Source of the DNA: an uncultured bacterium
Lineage (GTDB): Bacteria; JAJVIF01; JAPKYR01
Direction of reading: 5' to 3'
Assembly (NCBI GenBank): GCA_965369865.1
Contig: CBDURU010000001.1
Coordinates: 32,001 to 96,000, forward strand
Length of the DNA: 64,000 nucleotides
Shown here: positions 28,098-39,004 of the stretch, piece by piece
Numbering within the stretch: position 1 is the stretch's first letter
Layout of the letters: the number at the start of each line of letters is the position of its first letter
The notes under the pieces: model-generated
Databases searched by the model: none
Told to the model about the DNA's origin: nothing
What the model saw: the letters and a program-made list of their open reading frames with translations, nothing else
Program-made: the position numbers and the translations under genes

Positions 28098-29780
28098 TTA
28101 CTCCACCGTCATTATAATCTTTGACCTGTATCCTTCACAGTGATAAACCCGGTTCTGAGCAATTACTGTTTTTATTGCCGAACCCGGTGGGTCGAGTGTA
28201 TTCGTATGCGGTGCGAATTTCGGGACAGCGGACGATGCAACTTCCAGGCGGAGACGATGGCCTTTGAGAATTCGCACACCTGTCGCCCACATGTCGATTT
28301 TTACATTCACTATCTCACCCGGACGGACAGGTTCCTGCTTCTCAAGTGAGTTTCTTAATGCAAGCCGAATATTTCCATCGTTCAACTGCCTTGATAAACC
28401 ATCCGGATGCACATCGCAGAGTTTCGCGCAGAATTCGGTGTCTTCGGCAGATGATTTCACCCACAGGTCAGCCCACAATCGCCCGCAAATTACCAGGTCT
28501 TTTTCGAAAATATCCGACGTGTAACACAATACATCGTCACGCTCCTCAACCGGACGCGCATCGAATGGACCTCCGATCTGGAGCGACGCCGCGTCCATTA
28601 AATATGGAGTCGGATTATCCGGATCGTAGGTGTATTCATCGTATGGGGTCAGGTCTTTATCAGGTATGTCAGTCTCATCAACCATGATATCCATCAGCTT
28701 TCCATCACCATCGAGAGTGTTCGCTTTCCCACCGGAATAAAGATAAAAAATCCGTTCTTTAAAATCCGACGGCGGCCAGTCATCATGCTCAACCCAGACA
28801 TTCGATCCCATCTCGAATAATTGGCAGCGTTTCCGATCGCCCCAGTTTTCAGGTTTCCCGCACATGACCTTATCGAGCCAGTCCATGATGAAACCGTTCA
28901 GGTCGATGATCTCATCCGGCCCGAAATCCACACCCTCTATGACAGAATTTGTATTCGTCGCGTGCGGCCACGGCCCAATCAGGAGATATTGTACGTCCTT
29001 CGATTTTGCAAGTACCCTCGCGTTCGGGAAATTGTTGTAGGTCGAAGGGCCGTCGTCATCGTACCAGCCGCAGATATGTAGCGCCGGTATATCGAGTTCG
29101 TCCATCCGGTGCATGTAACATGCGGGTTTCCAGTAATCGTCTTTCAGATGATGGTCCATCCAGTCACGCCATGGTTTAGATTCAAACCCGACCTGTTCAT
29201 CAATCCGGTTCAGCGGGCGGAAACCATACAGAGGTTCCCAGTCGTACTGCTCCACATGCTGGTTCGTGCGACCGTGCACCATCATCGCCCAGACGATCAT
29301 GTTCCACATCACCGATCCGTTCTGCCACGGGACATTCACGACCGGATCGGGAAGCGCGACAATCGGCACGATCGCTTTGACCGCGGGATGATGGCCGAAT
29401 GTCTGTACCCAGACCGAATAGCCTTCATAAGACCTTCCCAGAAGTGCGATGCTGCCATCGCAGAAATCCTGCTCCGCAAGCCACTTCTGGGCGGCAAGAC
29501 CATCGCGGGCCTCGTTGAAAAACGGTTCCCATTCGCCTCCCGAATCGTATCGTCCTCTCACATCCTGGATCGCGACAGCGTATCCGTTCGACGCGAACTC
29601 CCTGCATAACGGAATTTTTTTAACTGGATCGTTGTTATTGTATGGAGTCCTTATGAGAATACAGGGAAACGGCCCGCCAGTATCGGGTAGATAGACATCG
29701 GTTGAGAGGCGTATCCCATCATCCGCGGGACATCCGAGATCGAGGAGAACTTTGATATCGTTAATTGGTCGCTTGGACAC
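28098..29780 (-). CDS. CocE/NonD-family serine hydrolase (peptidase S15-like)
   Basis: RTPY, QDVRGR, GRSYEG nucleophile elbow, GWYD, IGPWPH; probable GTG start 29780 with GGAG RBS. Confidence 0.92.
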   Translation of the reverse strand: MSKRPINDIKVLLDLGCPADDGIRLSTDVYLPDTGGPFPCILIRTPYNNNDPVKKIPLCREFASNGYAVAIQDVRGRYDSGGEWEPFFNEARDGLAAQKWLAEQDFCDGSIALLGRSYEGYSVWVQTFGHHPAVKAIVPIVALPDPVVNVPWQNGSVMWNMIVWAMMVHGRTNQHVEQYDWEPLYGFRPLNRIDEQVGFESKPWRDWMDHHLKDDYWKPACYMHRMDELDIPALHICGWYDDDGPSTYNNFPNARVLAKSKDVQYLLIGPWPHATNTNSVIEGVDFGPDEIIDLNGFIMDWLDKVMCGKPENWGDRKRCQLFEMGSNVWVEHDDWPPSDFKERIFYLYSGGKANTLDGDGKLMDIMVDETDIPDKDLTPYDEYTYDPDNPTPYLMDAASLQIGGPFDARPVEERDDVLCYTSDIFEKDLVICGRLWADLWVKSSAEDTEFCAKLCDVHPDGLSRQLNDGNIRLALRNSLEKQEPVRPGEIVNVKIDMWATGVRILKGHRLRLEVASSAVPKFAPHTNTLDPPGSAIKTVIAQNRVYHCEGYRSKIIMTVE

Positions 29781-30166
29781 GGCAACACTCCGGAGAAAGG
29801 ATTGCTTAAGGCTATGATTGTAGTGGATGAGGGGTACCGGGGCAAGGTTGGTGACGATCCCGATCATCATCTTCCTTCCTGGTGGATGACAACGCGCAGG
29901 CACATCGGTCGTTCACCAGGAAGCAGTGCTTGATTGTCGGCGACCTTCAACATTGCCTAACTGGTCACATCGATGCCGTCGAGGAGTACATTCCGGGTGT
30001 TCGCATCGTGTATGTTATCCATCGCTTCGATTGCCAGGTTCGCCCCCTCGGCGATGGTTCCCACAGTCTAATACCAATTTTAGATTCAGGGACACCTTTC
30101 CATGAATTCAAAGCGTATAAGACCAATACCGTTAAATAAAAATTGATTGGACATATTTAGAATTTA

Positions 30167-30207
30167 GGGGGACACCTGCTTTTCGACAGGCGAAAAGAGG
30201 TGTCCCC
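30167..30207. repeat. Intergenic palindrome GGGGACACC..CTTTTCG-ACAGG-CGAAAAG..GGTGTCCCC
   Basis: Near-perfect 17-bp stem downstream of the hydrogenase operon. Confidence 0.6.
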
Positions 30208-30323
30208 GATATTAGATTTACGTCGGCAAGCACGTTCGACCCGAAGATTTTCAAGGCGTGCGGGATGGAGATGTCTTACTGAGCAGGTTTGCGATCAATG
30301 AGTGTTCGTGTATTTCTCTGACC

Positions 30324-30806
30324 TCATTCTTGTGGGCATTTACGGAGGTCTCGAATCTCGCTCAGGATGCGGCTCGTGATGATCCCGACAGCGGTCTCGA
30401 CCTCCGGGGACAGGCCTTCTCCCATATTAAAATCCTTCCCTTCAACACCATAAACGATTACCCTTCGCGGAAGCTGGCCCAGTGCGCGAGCGAAACCTAT
30501 TGCCTCAGGGATGCTGAAAGCGTGGGTTGAGCATCGAAAGCTGTCAACCGGAATCTCCTCCTGAATCGCATCGAACCGGAATAGGTGCCCCGCGTCCGCG
30601 CTTGAGCGCACTGCATCGACGAGGATTACCGTGTCGGCGTTACCTAACAGTTCGATCAGTGTTGCCACTTCGCCATGGTTTTCATAAACCCGAACATCTT
30701 CGGGTGCTCGTTCACTTATCTCCCGGGCAATGACAAGCCCTACCGAGTCATCTCTGCGATGAGGATTCCCGACACCAATCACAAGAAGCCTACTGTCGTT
30801 ATCCAT
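30324..30806 (-). CDS. Hydrogenase maturation protease
   Basis: GVGNPHRRDDSVG, LVDA, STH, GEGLSPEV. Confidence 0.93.
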   Translation of the reverse strand: MDNDSRLLVIGVGNPHRRDDSVGLVIAREISERAPEDVRVYENHGEVATLIELLGNADTVILVDAVRSSADAGHLFRFDAIQEEIPVDSFRCSTHAFSIPEAIGFARALGQLPRRVIVYGVEGKDFNMGEGLSPEVETAVGIITSRILSEIRDLRKCPQE

Positions 30807-30827
30807 GACAAGAATGGTACTATGGCT

Positions 30828-32117
30828 CTATTCGCGGTCTACTTTGAGGTTCAGGAAGTGGCACGAGCATGAGATGCACGGGTCGTAGTTGCGAATCAGC
30901 TGTTCACACTGCCATTGGAGTTTGTCATCGGGCAAATTGATATTTTCCTCCACAAAATTCCGGAGGTCACTCTCAATCATCCCCTGGTTCTGAGAGGTGG
31001 GCGGGATGATTTTAGCGTCGAGAATAATGCCTTTGTCATCGATCTTATAGCGATGGTAACAGGTTCCGCGTGGTGCTTCGGAGACGCCGTAGCCAACGCC
31101 CGCCCGGGGCGGGACATCGACGAAGGGTTTATCCGGCACCTCGTAATCCTCGATTATCCTTAAGCTCTCCTGAAGTGCGTACAGGCATTCCACGCTGCGA
31201 GCGATTATGCTTTTGAATGGGTTGCCGCACACCGGTTCAAGGCCCGCCTTGGCAGCAAAGTCACGGGCTGTTGGGGTGAGCAGGTTGTAACAAAGATTGA
31301 AACGGGCAAGGGGACCTACATGGTAAATCCCATGCCCCTTGCGGATGCAATGCAGCGATGTGCTGTGCTCGACATGCTCCTCCTGGAAGTTGTCCTCAAA
31401 CTTGTTAATCTCAGCAACGAGACCCTTGTTGGAAACTATCCAACCTTCATTGAACGGATACTCGTCTGGATGGCGCATGCACACAAACTCGTAATCCTGT
31501 TCGAAGTCTGGAAAGGGCAGAGAACCGGTCCAGAGAACGGTTTTCTTAGCTTCCTCAATTGCCCAATTTATCCTTTCCCTGAGAGGCTCGAGGTCCTTTT
31601 TCACCGGAACTTTGTAGAAACCGCCCACGCGAGGACTGATCGGGTGGATTTCCCTTCCGCCCAGGAGGATACAGATCTCGTTCCCCAGCTTTTTTAATTG
31701 CAAACCGCGCTGGACAACTTCGGGGTGATCCTTGGCCATCTGGATCGCATCCTGGTAACCGAGGAAGTCGGGAGCGTGGAGCATGAAGATGTGCAGGTAG
31801 TGGCTTTCCAGCCACTCACCGCACACCAGAAGCCTGCGAAGCTCCCTGATGGGTCCCTCAACCGTGACCCCGCAAGCGTCTTCCATTGCCTGTGACGAGG
31901 CCATCTGGTACGTGACGGGACAGATGCCGCAGATTCGGGCGGTGATGTCGGGAGCTTCGGTATACTTACGGCCGCGCAGGAACCCCTCGAAGAACCTTGG
32001 CGCCTCGAAAATTTTCAGTTTGACGTCTTTGACAATATTGTCCTTGATTTTTATATACAAGGAGCCTTCACCTTCGACGCGTGCGAGGTAGTCCACCTTT
32101 ATCGTTCTACTTTTCAT
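30828..32117 (-). CDS. hydA: Group 3b [NiFe]-hydrogenase large (alpha) subunit
   Basis: ARVEGEG, L1 RICGIC, EAPRG, PPTSQN, L2 DPCISCSCH plus a short cleavable tail; start moved to 32117. Confidence 0.95.
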   Translation of the reverse strand: MKSRTIKVDYLARVEGEGSLYIKIKDNIVKDVKLKIFEAPRFFEGFLRGRKYTEAPDITARICGICPVTYQMASSQAMEDACGVTVEGPIRELRRLLVCGEWLESHYLHIFMLHAPDFLGYQDAIQMAKDHPEVVQRGLQLKKLGNEICILLGGREIHPISPRVGGFYKVPVKKDLEPLRERINWAIEEAKKTVLWTGSLPFPDFEQDYEFVCMRHPDEYPFNEGWIVSNKGLVAEINKFEDNFQEEHVEHSTSLHCIRKGHGIYHVGPLARFNLCYNLLTPTARDFAAKAGLEPVCGNPFKSIIARSVECLYALQESLRIIEDYEVPDKPFVDVPPRAGVGYGVSEAPRGTCYHRYKIDDKGIILDAKIIPPTSQNQGMIESDLRNFVEENINLPDDKLQWQCEQLIRNYDPCISCSCHFLNLKVDRE

Positions 32118-32886
32118 ACGCTTCACTCTCCTTGCGGAAGGCATCAGCATAGGCGTTGAAGGTGCGGAAACTCCGCATAATGTCGCCACCCGAGACACCA
32201 AGCTTCTCCCATCTTTTGCTCAACGAGCTGGTGTTGGGTGTCTCTTTCGGACCGAAACAACCATAACAACCACGGTTATAGGCCGGACAGATAGCCCCGC
32301 ACCCGGCTTGAGTGACGGGACCGAGGCATGGAGTGCCATGTGCGACCATCACGCAGGTAATTCCTTTCATCTTGCACTCCATACATACACTGTACCGTGG
32401 AATATTCGGCTTGCGATCGTTGAGGTAAGCGCTTAACAGCTCAACGAGTTGGTATTTATTGATCGGGCAGCCTCGCAATTCGAAGTCAACATGAACGTGA
32501 TCGGAAATGGGAGTCGACTTGCTTAGTGTTTCGATGTACTCCGGGACAGCATAAACAATCGACACAAAATCCTGAACATCTTTGAAGTTACGCAGGGCTT
32601 GAATTCCACCGGCAGTGGCACAGGCGCCAATAGTCACGAGGAGCTTGGACTTGCGGCGAATCTTGTGAATGTGCTCAGCATCGTGTGGTGTTGTTATTGA
32701 ACCCTCAACCAGTGAGATATCATATGGCCCTTTTACTTCTGCACGAGTCGCCTCCGGGAAATACGCGAAAATGACCTCGCCGGCTACTGCTAGGAGTTCA
32801 TCCTCGCAGTCCAAAAGGCTAAGCTGGCAACCGTCGCAGGATGCGAACTTCCAGACCGCGAGTTTAGGTTTTGCCCTTCGTGCCAT
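32107..32886 (-). CDS. hydD: Group 3b hydrogenase small (delta) subunit
   Basis: SCDGCQ, VEGS, GACA, GCP, CLGPVT, CYGCFGP. Confidence 0.93.
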   Translation of the reverse strand: MARRAKPKLAVWKFASCDGCQLSLLDCEDELLAVAGEVIFAYFPEATRAEVKGPYDISLVEGSITTPHDAEHIHKIRRKSKLLVTIGACATAGGIQALRNFKDVQDFVSIVYAVPEYIETLSKSTPISDHVHVDFELRGCPINKYQLVELLSAYLNDRKPNIPRYSVCMECKMKGITCVMVAHGTPCLGPVTQAGCGAICPAYNRGCYGCFGPKETPNTSSLSKRWEKLGVSGGDIMRSFRTFNAYADAFRKESEAYEK

Positions 32887-32887
32887 G

Positions 32888-33727
32888 TCAGATTTCTCTC
32901 CTTTCGAAGAATTCCCTTATCTCTCCCATGCAGAAAATCGGGCCATCCTTGCATATGAAATACGGTCCGAACTGACAGTGACCACAGTGACCGATCCCGC
33001 ATTTCATATTGCGTTCCATTGAAATGTAAATATTCTCATCATCAACTCCTCGCTTCTGCAGCTCGAGGAGCGTATAACGCATCATGACTTCAGGGCCGCA
33101 AATGAAGGCGGTGGTGCTGTAGGGGTCGAATAGTGCGTTAGGAATCAAGGCGGTCACCAATGCCACATTACCATGCCAATCGGCCCGAGCGGTATCGACG
33201 GTAACTCTAACATCGAGGTCAAACCGCCCACGCCAGTGTTCGAGTTGCTTCCTATACAGCATCTCGCCGGGTGACCTTGCACCGTAGAGCAGGATGATTT
33301 TCCCGTACTTCTCGCGGTTAGCAAGCAGGTGGTAGATCGCCGGGCGTAAGGGTGCCAGACCGATGCCCCCTGTTACCATGACGATATCGTTCCCTTCAGC
33401 CTGCTCGAGCGGCCAGCCGGTTCCGAATGGACCGCGAACCCCAATGACACTTCCAGGATCTAACTTGCACAGCGAATTAGTCACCGCGCCAACAGCTCGA
33501 ATGGTATGTACCAGCTTCTCTGGTGTAGCCGGGTCGCTACTAATTGATATTGGGACTTCTCCTTTGCCAAAGGCATAAAGCATATTGAACTGCCCCGGGG
33601 TAAAGGAGGTTATTGTCTTTTTCGATGCGGATTCGATATCAAGGACAAAGGTATCGTGCGTCTCCCGCTTAATCTTCAGGACACGGTATTGAATAGTTAC
33701 CATTGGCTCTGTCATGATTTCGGCCAT
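32888..33727 (-). CDS. hydG: Group 3b hydrogenase FAD/NAD(P)-binding (gamma) subunit
   Basis: [34 protein letters not shown]. Confidence 0.93.
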   Translation of the reverse strand: MAEIMTEPMVTIQYRVLKIKRETHDTFVLDIESASKKTITSFTPGQFNMLYAFGKGEVPISISSDPATPEKLVHTIRAVGAVTNSLCKLDPGSVIGVRGPFGTGWPLEQAEGNDIVMVTGGIGLAPLRPAIYHLLANREKYGKIILLYGARSPGEMLYRKQLEHWRGRFDLDVRVTVDTARADWHGNVALVTALIPNALFDPYSTTAFICGPEVMMRYTLLELQKRGVDDENIYISMERNMKCGIGHCGHCQFGPYFICKDGPIFCMGEIREFFERREI

Positions 33728-33740
33728 TTGTTACCACCTT

Positions 33741-34202
33741 TCAGGAGTGATCTCCGTAGATATCCAATAACTGCATTCTGGTTGCTTCGATCAGCTTGGA
33801 CATCATCTGGGAAGTTCGTTTCAGGAGCTCATAACCCATTTGATGGTTTTCTTCACATATCTCGCGTAAACGCAACCCGTCGACACAGATGGTTCGAGTC
33901 AATTCAATTGCTCTGACATCAAAACGGCACTGGTAAGGTGGAATCAGCCAGCAGTAACCCAGGACCTCGTTTTCACCGAGGGTTGAAACTATAATTGGGT
34001 CACGGTCGGGCGTGAAAACCTCAACTGCCACCTTGCCAAATAGAATCAGAAAGAAACAGGTGCCCGGGTCATCCTCGCGCATCAGGAAGTCACCGAGATT
34101 GTAGTTTATCCTCGTGCTGTGTTCAGCGATGGCTTCAATTTGTTGCGGCTCAAGACCGTTAAAGAACTGGTGTTCTGACAGGATGTTTATGATTTGATCC
34201 AA
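33741..34202 (-). CDS. Stand-alone cyclic-nucleotide-binding domain protein
   Basis: cNMP-fold pattern (REDD..TCFFLI..GKV, GENEVLG); paralogous to the C-terminus of 34293-35921. Confidence 0.85.
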   Translation of the reverse strand: MDQIINILSEHQFFNGLEPQQIEAIAEHSTRINYNLGDFLMREDDPGTCFFLILFGKVAVEVFTPDRDPIIVSTLGENEVLGYCWLIPPYQCRFDVRAIELTRTICVDGLRLREICEENHQMGYELLKRTSQMMSKLIEATRMQLLDIYGDHS

Positions 34203-34292
34203 CGGAATCCTCCTTTCAAAGTCTCATCTGCAAGATGCTTTTTCAACATTGTGTGGGTTTGTATGATGAGTAAGGATGTTATTACTGGTCTT

Positions 34293-35921
34293 TCATGTGT
34301 GGTCTCCGTAGACATCAAGTAGCTGCATTCTGGTTGCTTCCATCCGCTGCCCGATTACCTCAGAGATGTATCTGTTTATAAGGTAACCCAGGTGAGGATC
34401 CTTATCGCATTCTTCCCTAAGCAGCTGGGCTTCCACAGCAATCGCTCTGGTGAGCTCAACAGCCCGGGCATCGAAATGCCACTTGTACGGGGGAATGAAC
34501 CAAGACCAGCCAAGCAATTCTCCCTCACCGATGGTTTGTACGATTATTGCACCACGCTCCGGTGCGAAGGTCTCTATTGCCACCGTGCCAAACCGGATCA
34601 GGTAGAAGCGATCGGCATCTTCTCCCGCGCGAATTATAAACTCGCCCGGGTTGAACCGTACTATTGACGAGCATTCTGTAATCAGGTCAAGGTATTCATC
34701 GCCTAAATCCCTGATTATTGGGTGTTCCGCCAGCATGCGCCTTACTGTTTCGAAACTCTTGTCCCTGCTTAGAACACAGGTCTTGCAGACAGGTTCGACC
34801 CATTGGATAGCCCGGACTTCCTCAGTGATGTCAATTCCAGCGGGGCACCAGGTTATACAGCGACCGCACCCAACACATCCTAAGGTGCCGAATTGATCCT
34901 GCCATGTAGCCAGTTTGTGAGTCAGCCACTGACGATACCTGGACTTTGAGGACGTGCGCGTACTTCCTCCGTGTATGAAAGCGAAATCAACTGTGAAACA
35001 AGAATCCCATCGTCGTATGCGCTCGGCAACCTGGCCTTTCAGATCGGTAATGTCCTCTGTAGTATTACAGAAACAGGTCGGGCAGACCATCGTGCAGTTC
35101 CCGCAGCTTAAGCACCGCTCTGCAACATCGTCCCAACGCCCATGCTCATAATTGTTATATAGCAAGTCTTTCAGGTTGGTTGTGTCCAATGTGCGGCCCA
35201 TTTCTCCAATGGCTTTTTCGGTTAGCTGCTCCGCCGCCTGGTTCTCCGCTTCGCCTGCAGGACGGATTGGTACATCTTTTAATACTTTCGTACCCGCTTC
35301 GTTGCCGATCTCGACCAGGAAATAATGATGTTCCTTTTCCAATATCTCTGTAAGCGCAAGATCGAATCCCGACTTGGCCCTGGGTCCCGTATCCATTGAT
35401 GCGCAAAAACAAGTGCCGCCAGGTTGTGTACAGTTCACTACGACAATTAATGCGTTTCCCCGTATTGATTCATAGATCTGGTCCTTGTAATCCCCGCTTG
35501 TGAATATCTTATCGTGAATTTCTATCGCATGAAGGTCGCAGGGGCGGACACCTATAAATGCATACTTGGGAACCTCTCCGTTCCCATGGATGAGATGAAA
35601 TCCATTACCTTTACGTTTTGCTTCCCATAAACTGGCAGTTGGAGGATGGAGAAACTGCTTCCAGGAATGCTGACCAACCGCGTAACCAAAAAACGCACCA
35701 TCTTCTCGCTTTTCAAGACGATATGTGCCTGTATCCTGATTGTCAGTCATACCGATGGGAAGGTCGCTGATCGAGTTCAACTCACCATACACTATTGCCT
35801 CATCACGGACTGTTGGGCCCACCACGGAATAGCCCATGTTGAGCAGGTTGTTGAGGAGATGCTGAAGGTCGCCAGCGTCCAGAACATAGGTTTCTCCAAG
35901 TTGAATTGCTTGTTCTTCCAT
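34293..35921 (-). CDS. hydB: Group 3b hydrogenase 4Fe-4S (beta) subunit fused to a cNMP-binding domain
   Basis: GVRPCD, TCFC, CLSCGNCTMVCPTCFC, CVGCGRCITWCP, then a ~150-aa cNMP domain. Confidence 0.9.
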   Translation of the reverse strand: MEEQAIQLGETYVLDAGDLQHLLNNLLNMGYSVVGPTVRDEAIVYGELNSISDLPIGMTDNQDTGTYRLEKREDGAFFGYAVGQHSWKQFLHPPTASLWEAKRKGNGFHLIHGNGEVPKYAFIGVRPCDLHAIEIHDKIFTSGDYKDQIYESIRGNALIVVVNCTQPGGTCFCASMDTGPRAKSGFDLALTEILEKEHHYFLVEIGNEAGTKVLKDVPIRPAGEAENQAAEQLTEKAIGEMGRTLDTTNLKDLLYNNYEHGRWDDVAERCLSCGNCTMVCPTCFCNTTEDITDLKGQVAERIRRWDSCFTVDFAFIHGGSTRTSSKSRYRQWLTHKLATWQDQFGTLGCVGCGRCITWCPAGIDITEEVRAIQWVEPVCKTCVLSRDKSFETVRRMLAEHPIIRDLGDEYLDLITECSSIVRFNPGEFIIRAGEDADRFYLIRFGTVAIETFAPERGAIIVQTIGEGELLGWSWFIPPYKWHFDARAVELTRAIAVEAQLLREECDKDPHLGYLINRYISEVIGQRMEATRMQLLDVYGDHT

Positions 35922-36218
35922 TCACATACTCCTCCCAAACCATATCCTGTGATAATTAAAGTTGAATTCCGGTTCAATAAAATTTTTACAGTTCAAAACC
36001 TGGCACTAACACGGTAACAATTGAACCATGATGAAACGCTGTCAGGTTGATAAAATAATCCCCCTGGGAGCTTTGGAGGCATGAAATAAGGCTAAAAAAT
36101 CCCAGCCATTTCCTGATGCTGGGCAGCCCCCGTATGTACCCAATTTTCAAACTTCTTTGCAGCCTTACCCCTTAATTAGGAACATTACTCCAGGTTTTAA
36201 GCCTTGTCAATGGCTGGC

Positions 36219-36236
36219 TTGAGATTTTTTTCACAA
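36219..36236. promoter_or_regulatory. Candidate Rex/CRP-type operator TTGAGATTTTTTTCACAA
   Basis: 12/14 match to TTGTGAA-N4-TTCACAA; lies between the divergent hydrogenase and epimerase genes. Confidence 0.45.
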
Positions 36237-36508
36237 AAAATCCACTTCGTGTCACATTTCTCAAGGGCTACGATTGTTAAGTAAAACTACTGAATCCAGG
36301 TTCAATTACGATCTTCACAAGCAATGGAAGTTCACGTTTTTCATCCATGGATAAGGTTTGAGTCGCGTGGGTTTGTACCCACCGGAGATTGATGTATAAT
36401 ATTGACCCCAGTAGAGTTGGCATTTGGGATCAAAATTCAGGAAAAGTATAATTAGAGTCTGACGGTATACAGCCTTCTTCAGGTTGCTAATTAGAAGAGG
36501 ACAATACC

Positions 36509-38047
36509 ATGCAACTTCCAAGAATTGTTATGTCAGGGGCTTCAGGCTTTGTTGGGCGGCATCTCCTGGACGCCTTAAAGGGGAAATACAAAATTTTCGC
36601 TTTGGCCCGTCGTTCGCAACGCCGTTGCGGTGCTCCAATCCATCCCAATATTTTATGGCATCGTGTTGACATTGGAGATGTCGAGCCATTGGAGGCAATC
36701 TTTCAGAGGATTGTAAACGGCGGGGGTGCGGATATATTCATCCATCTTGCGGCATATTACGATTTCTCCGGAGAGGAACATCCAGAGTATTGGCGAACCA
36801 ACGTAGATGGGCTGCGCAACATTCTGAATCTCTGCAAACAATTACGGCTGAAGAAATTTGTTTTCGCCAGTTCCACAGCCGCCTGCAATTTTACCCGCGC
36901 TGGTGAGGTCCTGAACGAAAACAGCCCTCCCGATGGTGAACATATCTATGCCAGAACCAAAAGGATTGGGGAGGAAATGCTCAGAGAATATTCTGAGTCT
37001 GTCCCCTCAACCATCGTTCGATTTGCTGCCTTATTCTCTGATTGGTGTGAATATCCACCCATATACATGTTTCTGGATAGCTGGCTCTCGAATATCTGGA
37101 TATCCCGTATACTTGCGGGCAAGGGTAGGAGCTCCATCCCATATCTGCACATACGTGATGTAGTCTCCTTCATTGATAATCTTCTGAACCGGATGGATGA
37201 TATTGAGCCCGGGGAGATTTTCATAGCCTCCCCCGATGGTGCAGTGACTCACCAACAGCTCTTTGATGCGGCAACATTGGCATTCTACGGACAAACGAAG
37301 AAAGCGATCCTCTTACCGAAGTTCTTGTGCCGCACTGGAATAATCTTTCGAAGGACCCTTGGGAGAATCACCGGATATCACCCTTTTGAGAATCCCTGGA
37401 TGTGCAAGTACATCGACCTTCAGATGAATATGGATGTAAGCAGGACCCGGGAGCGCCTTGGCTGGCATCCGAGACCCCGGCTCGATATCCTGCGTCGAAT
37501 CCCCTTTATCGTGGAAAATTTCAGGGCTGAACCGGGCGAATGGGTCCATAGGAATACAGCAGCCCTGAAAGCGGTCCCACAATTACTGCACCTGAAAATC
37601 CACAGCCTTTTGAAAGTCCATGAACGGGAGATCAAGGTAGCGATAACGGAACATATCCTGAGCCCGGAAGGCCAGAAAAAGTTTTCAAATTACCAGGATA
37701 TGCCTGCCAAGGATCAAAAATGGGCTCGGAACCAGGTGTTCCTCCACTTGGCAAACGCTATTCGAGCCCAGGACAAATCCGTGTTCAAGGCGTATTGCCA
37801 GGAGCTTGCGGAACATCGATTCGAGCAGGGTTTCAGCCTGCAGAATGTATGCGACGCGCTTGTGGTTTGGAATGAAGTCTGTATACGTATTCTTGAAGAG
37901 GACCCCGCCTCGACTGACCTTCCCAAAAATGCGCTCAGGGACTACGTTTCAATGACCATCCAATTCGGTATCGATGAAGTTCAGGAGGTCTTCGAGCAGT
38001 TGGGGTCTGATGAATACCATCCATATTTGCTGGATATTGAAAGCTGA
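36509..38047 (+). CDS. NAD-dependent epimerase/dehydratase (extended SDR) with a C-terminal helical RsbRD-N-like domain
   Basis: SGASGFVG, HLAA, YARTK; C-terminal LAEHRFEQGF. Confidence 0.8.
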   Translation: MQLPRIVMSGASGFVGRHLLDALKGKYKIFALARRSQRRCGAPIHPNILWHRVDIGDVEPLEAIFQRIVNGGGADIFIHLAAYYDFSGEEHPEYWRTNVDGLRNILNLCKQLRLKKFVFASSTAACNFTRAGEVLNENSPPDGEHIYARTKRIGEEMLREYSESVPSTIVRFAALFSDWCEYPPIYMFLDSWLSNIWISRILAGKGRSSIPYLHIRDVVSFIDNLLNRMDDIEPGEIFIASPDGAVTHQQLFDAATLAFYGQTKKAILLPKFLCRTGIIFRRTLGRITGYHPFENPWMCKYIDLQMNMDVSRTRERLGWHPRPRLDILRRIPFIVENFRAEPGEWVHRNTAALKAVPQLLHLKIHSLLKVHEREIKVAITEHILSPEGQKKFSNYQDMPAKDQKWARNQVFLHLANAIRAQDKSVFKAYCQELAEHRFEQGFSLQNVCDALVVWNEVCIRILEEDPASTDLPKNALRDYVSMTIQFGIDEVQEVFEQLGSDEYHPYLLDIES

Positions 38048-38051
38048 TTGC

Positions 38052-38435
38052 TCACTCGACAGGCCTGGCTCTCAGGCTCTGGCGATGGATAACATAAACC
38101 ACTATTCCCATCAGAGCGTCGGCAATACCGGAAAAAAGGACTACCCACCCCGATTCCCCCATGATGGTAATACTAAGAAGGAAGACGGTCGCGATCGCTT
38201 TTGCTGTCAGGAGCAACAGAACGCCCCTGTAACGGAAATGCTCGACCAGGTAACCAGTAGCCAGGACAATATGGAATATCCCTGCCTGACGGGGGAAAAA
38301 GAGTGGCTCGACATTCTCCCACCCGGCCAGCTGGAATCCCCAGGGAGGAGCCCAGAGCAAAACTATCCCGATAGCAAAACTATGCAATGCTATCAAAATA
38401 ATGATGTACCGTTCTATCCTAGCCATTTTGCTCAC
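38052..38435 (-). CDS. Small four-helix membrane protein
   Basis: Four hydrophobic segments; converges on the epimerase gene. Confidence 0.65.
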   Translation of the reverse strand: MSKMARIERYIIILIALHSFAIGIVLLWAPPWGFQLAGWENVEPLFFPRQAGIFHIVLATGYLVEHFRYRGVLLLLTAKAIATVFLLSITIMGESGWVVLFSGIADALMGIVVYVIHRQSLRARPVE

Positions 38436-38583
38436 CTTACGCGATATTAGGCCAGTCCTCCTCCTGAACGCCCGCCGTCCTGCTTGTCTGTTGACTTGAG
38501 GGTCCGAAGAATATCACGGACCAGCCGTAGCCAGCAAATGGACTGATCCAGGATCGCTGTTATGGATTCACCGGAGGCGTAAG

Positions 38584-38930
38584 CTCGACTTTCGCCAAAA
38601 ATTTATAGGGTTGAGCACCTCTATGGCATGGTTTGCTTATCAACAAAAAAGCCATGGAGGACTCAACCGATGAGTATTATAACACTGTTTTCCGAATTCT
38701 CTCAAGCAAGGATAAGGCAAAAGCATAAAAACCTGGTTGTGCTTCCAAGGGGCGCGAAACTCGACGAGAGGAAGATGGCAAGGGCCCTTTCTAACTTGAT
38801 TCTCAAACTTGTTCCAAAAGATAATGTTGTGAATCTTGTTATTGACGACACACTGGTCCGACGCTTCGGGCCGTATGTCGCGGGGCTTTGGGTGCAATGC
38901 GATGGGTTGTCCTGGCCATCGAACGTGATA
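38584..38930 (+). pseudogene. Degenerate IS701-like (DDE) transposase with its left end
   Basis: CTCGACTTTCGC end motif at 38584; ATG 38670; NLVIDDTLVRRFGP first-Asp motif; truncated before the tRNA. Right boundary approximate. Confidence 0.65.
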
Positions 38931-39004
38931 CGCCAGGGATCACACTTTCCGGGTCAATATATTGGAAACCCCCTGCTTAAGATCAGGGGGATTATTTGCG
39001 CTTA

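Noticed and set aside
29860..30140. Gene or pseudogene between CocE and the hydrogenase operon
   Set aside because: A minus-strand fragment (NVLLDGIDVTS*) faintly recalls an Ig-like domain but is too short and interrupted to support; the 29882-30139 ORF has no motif.
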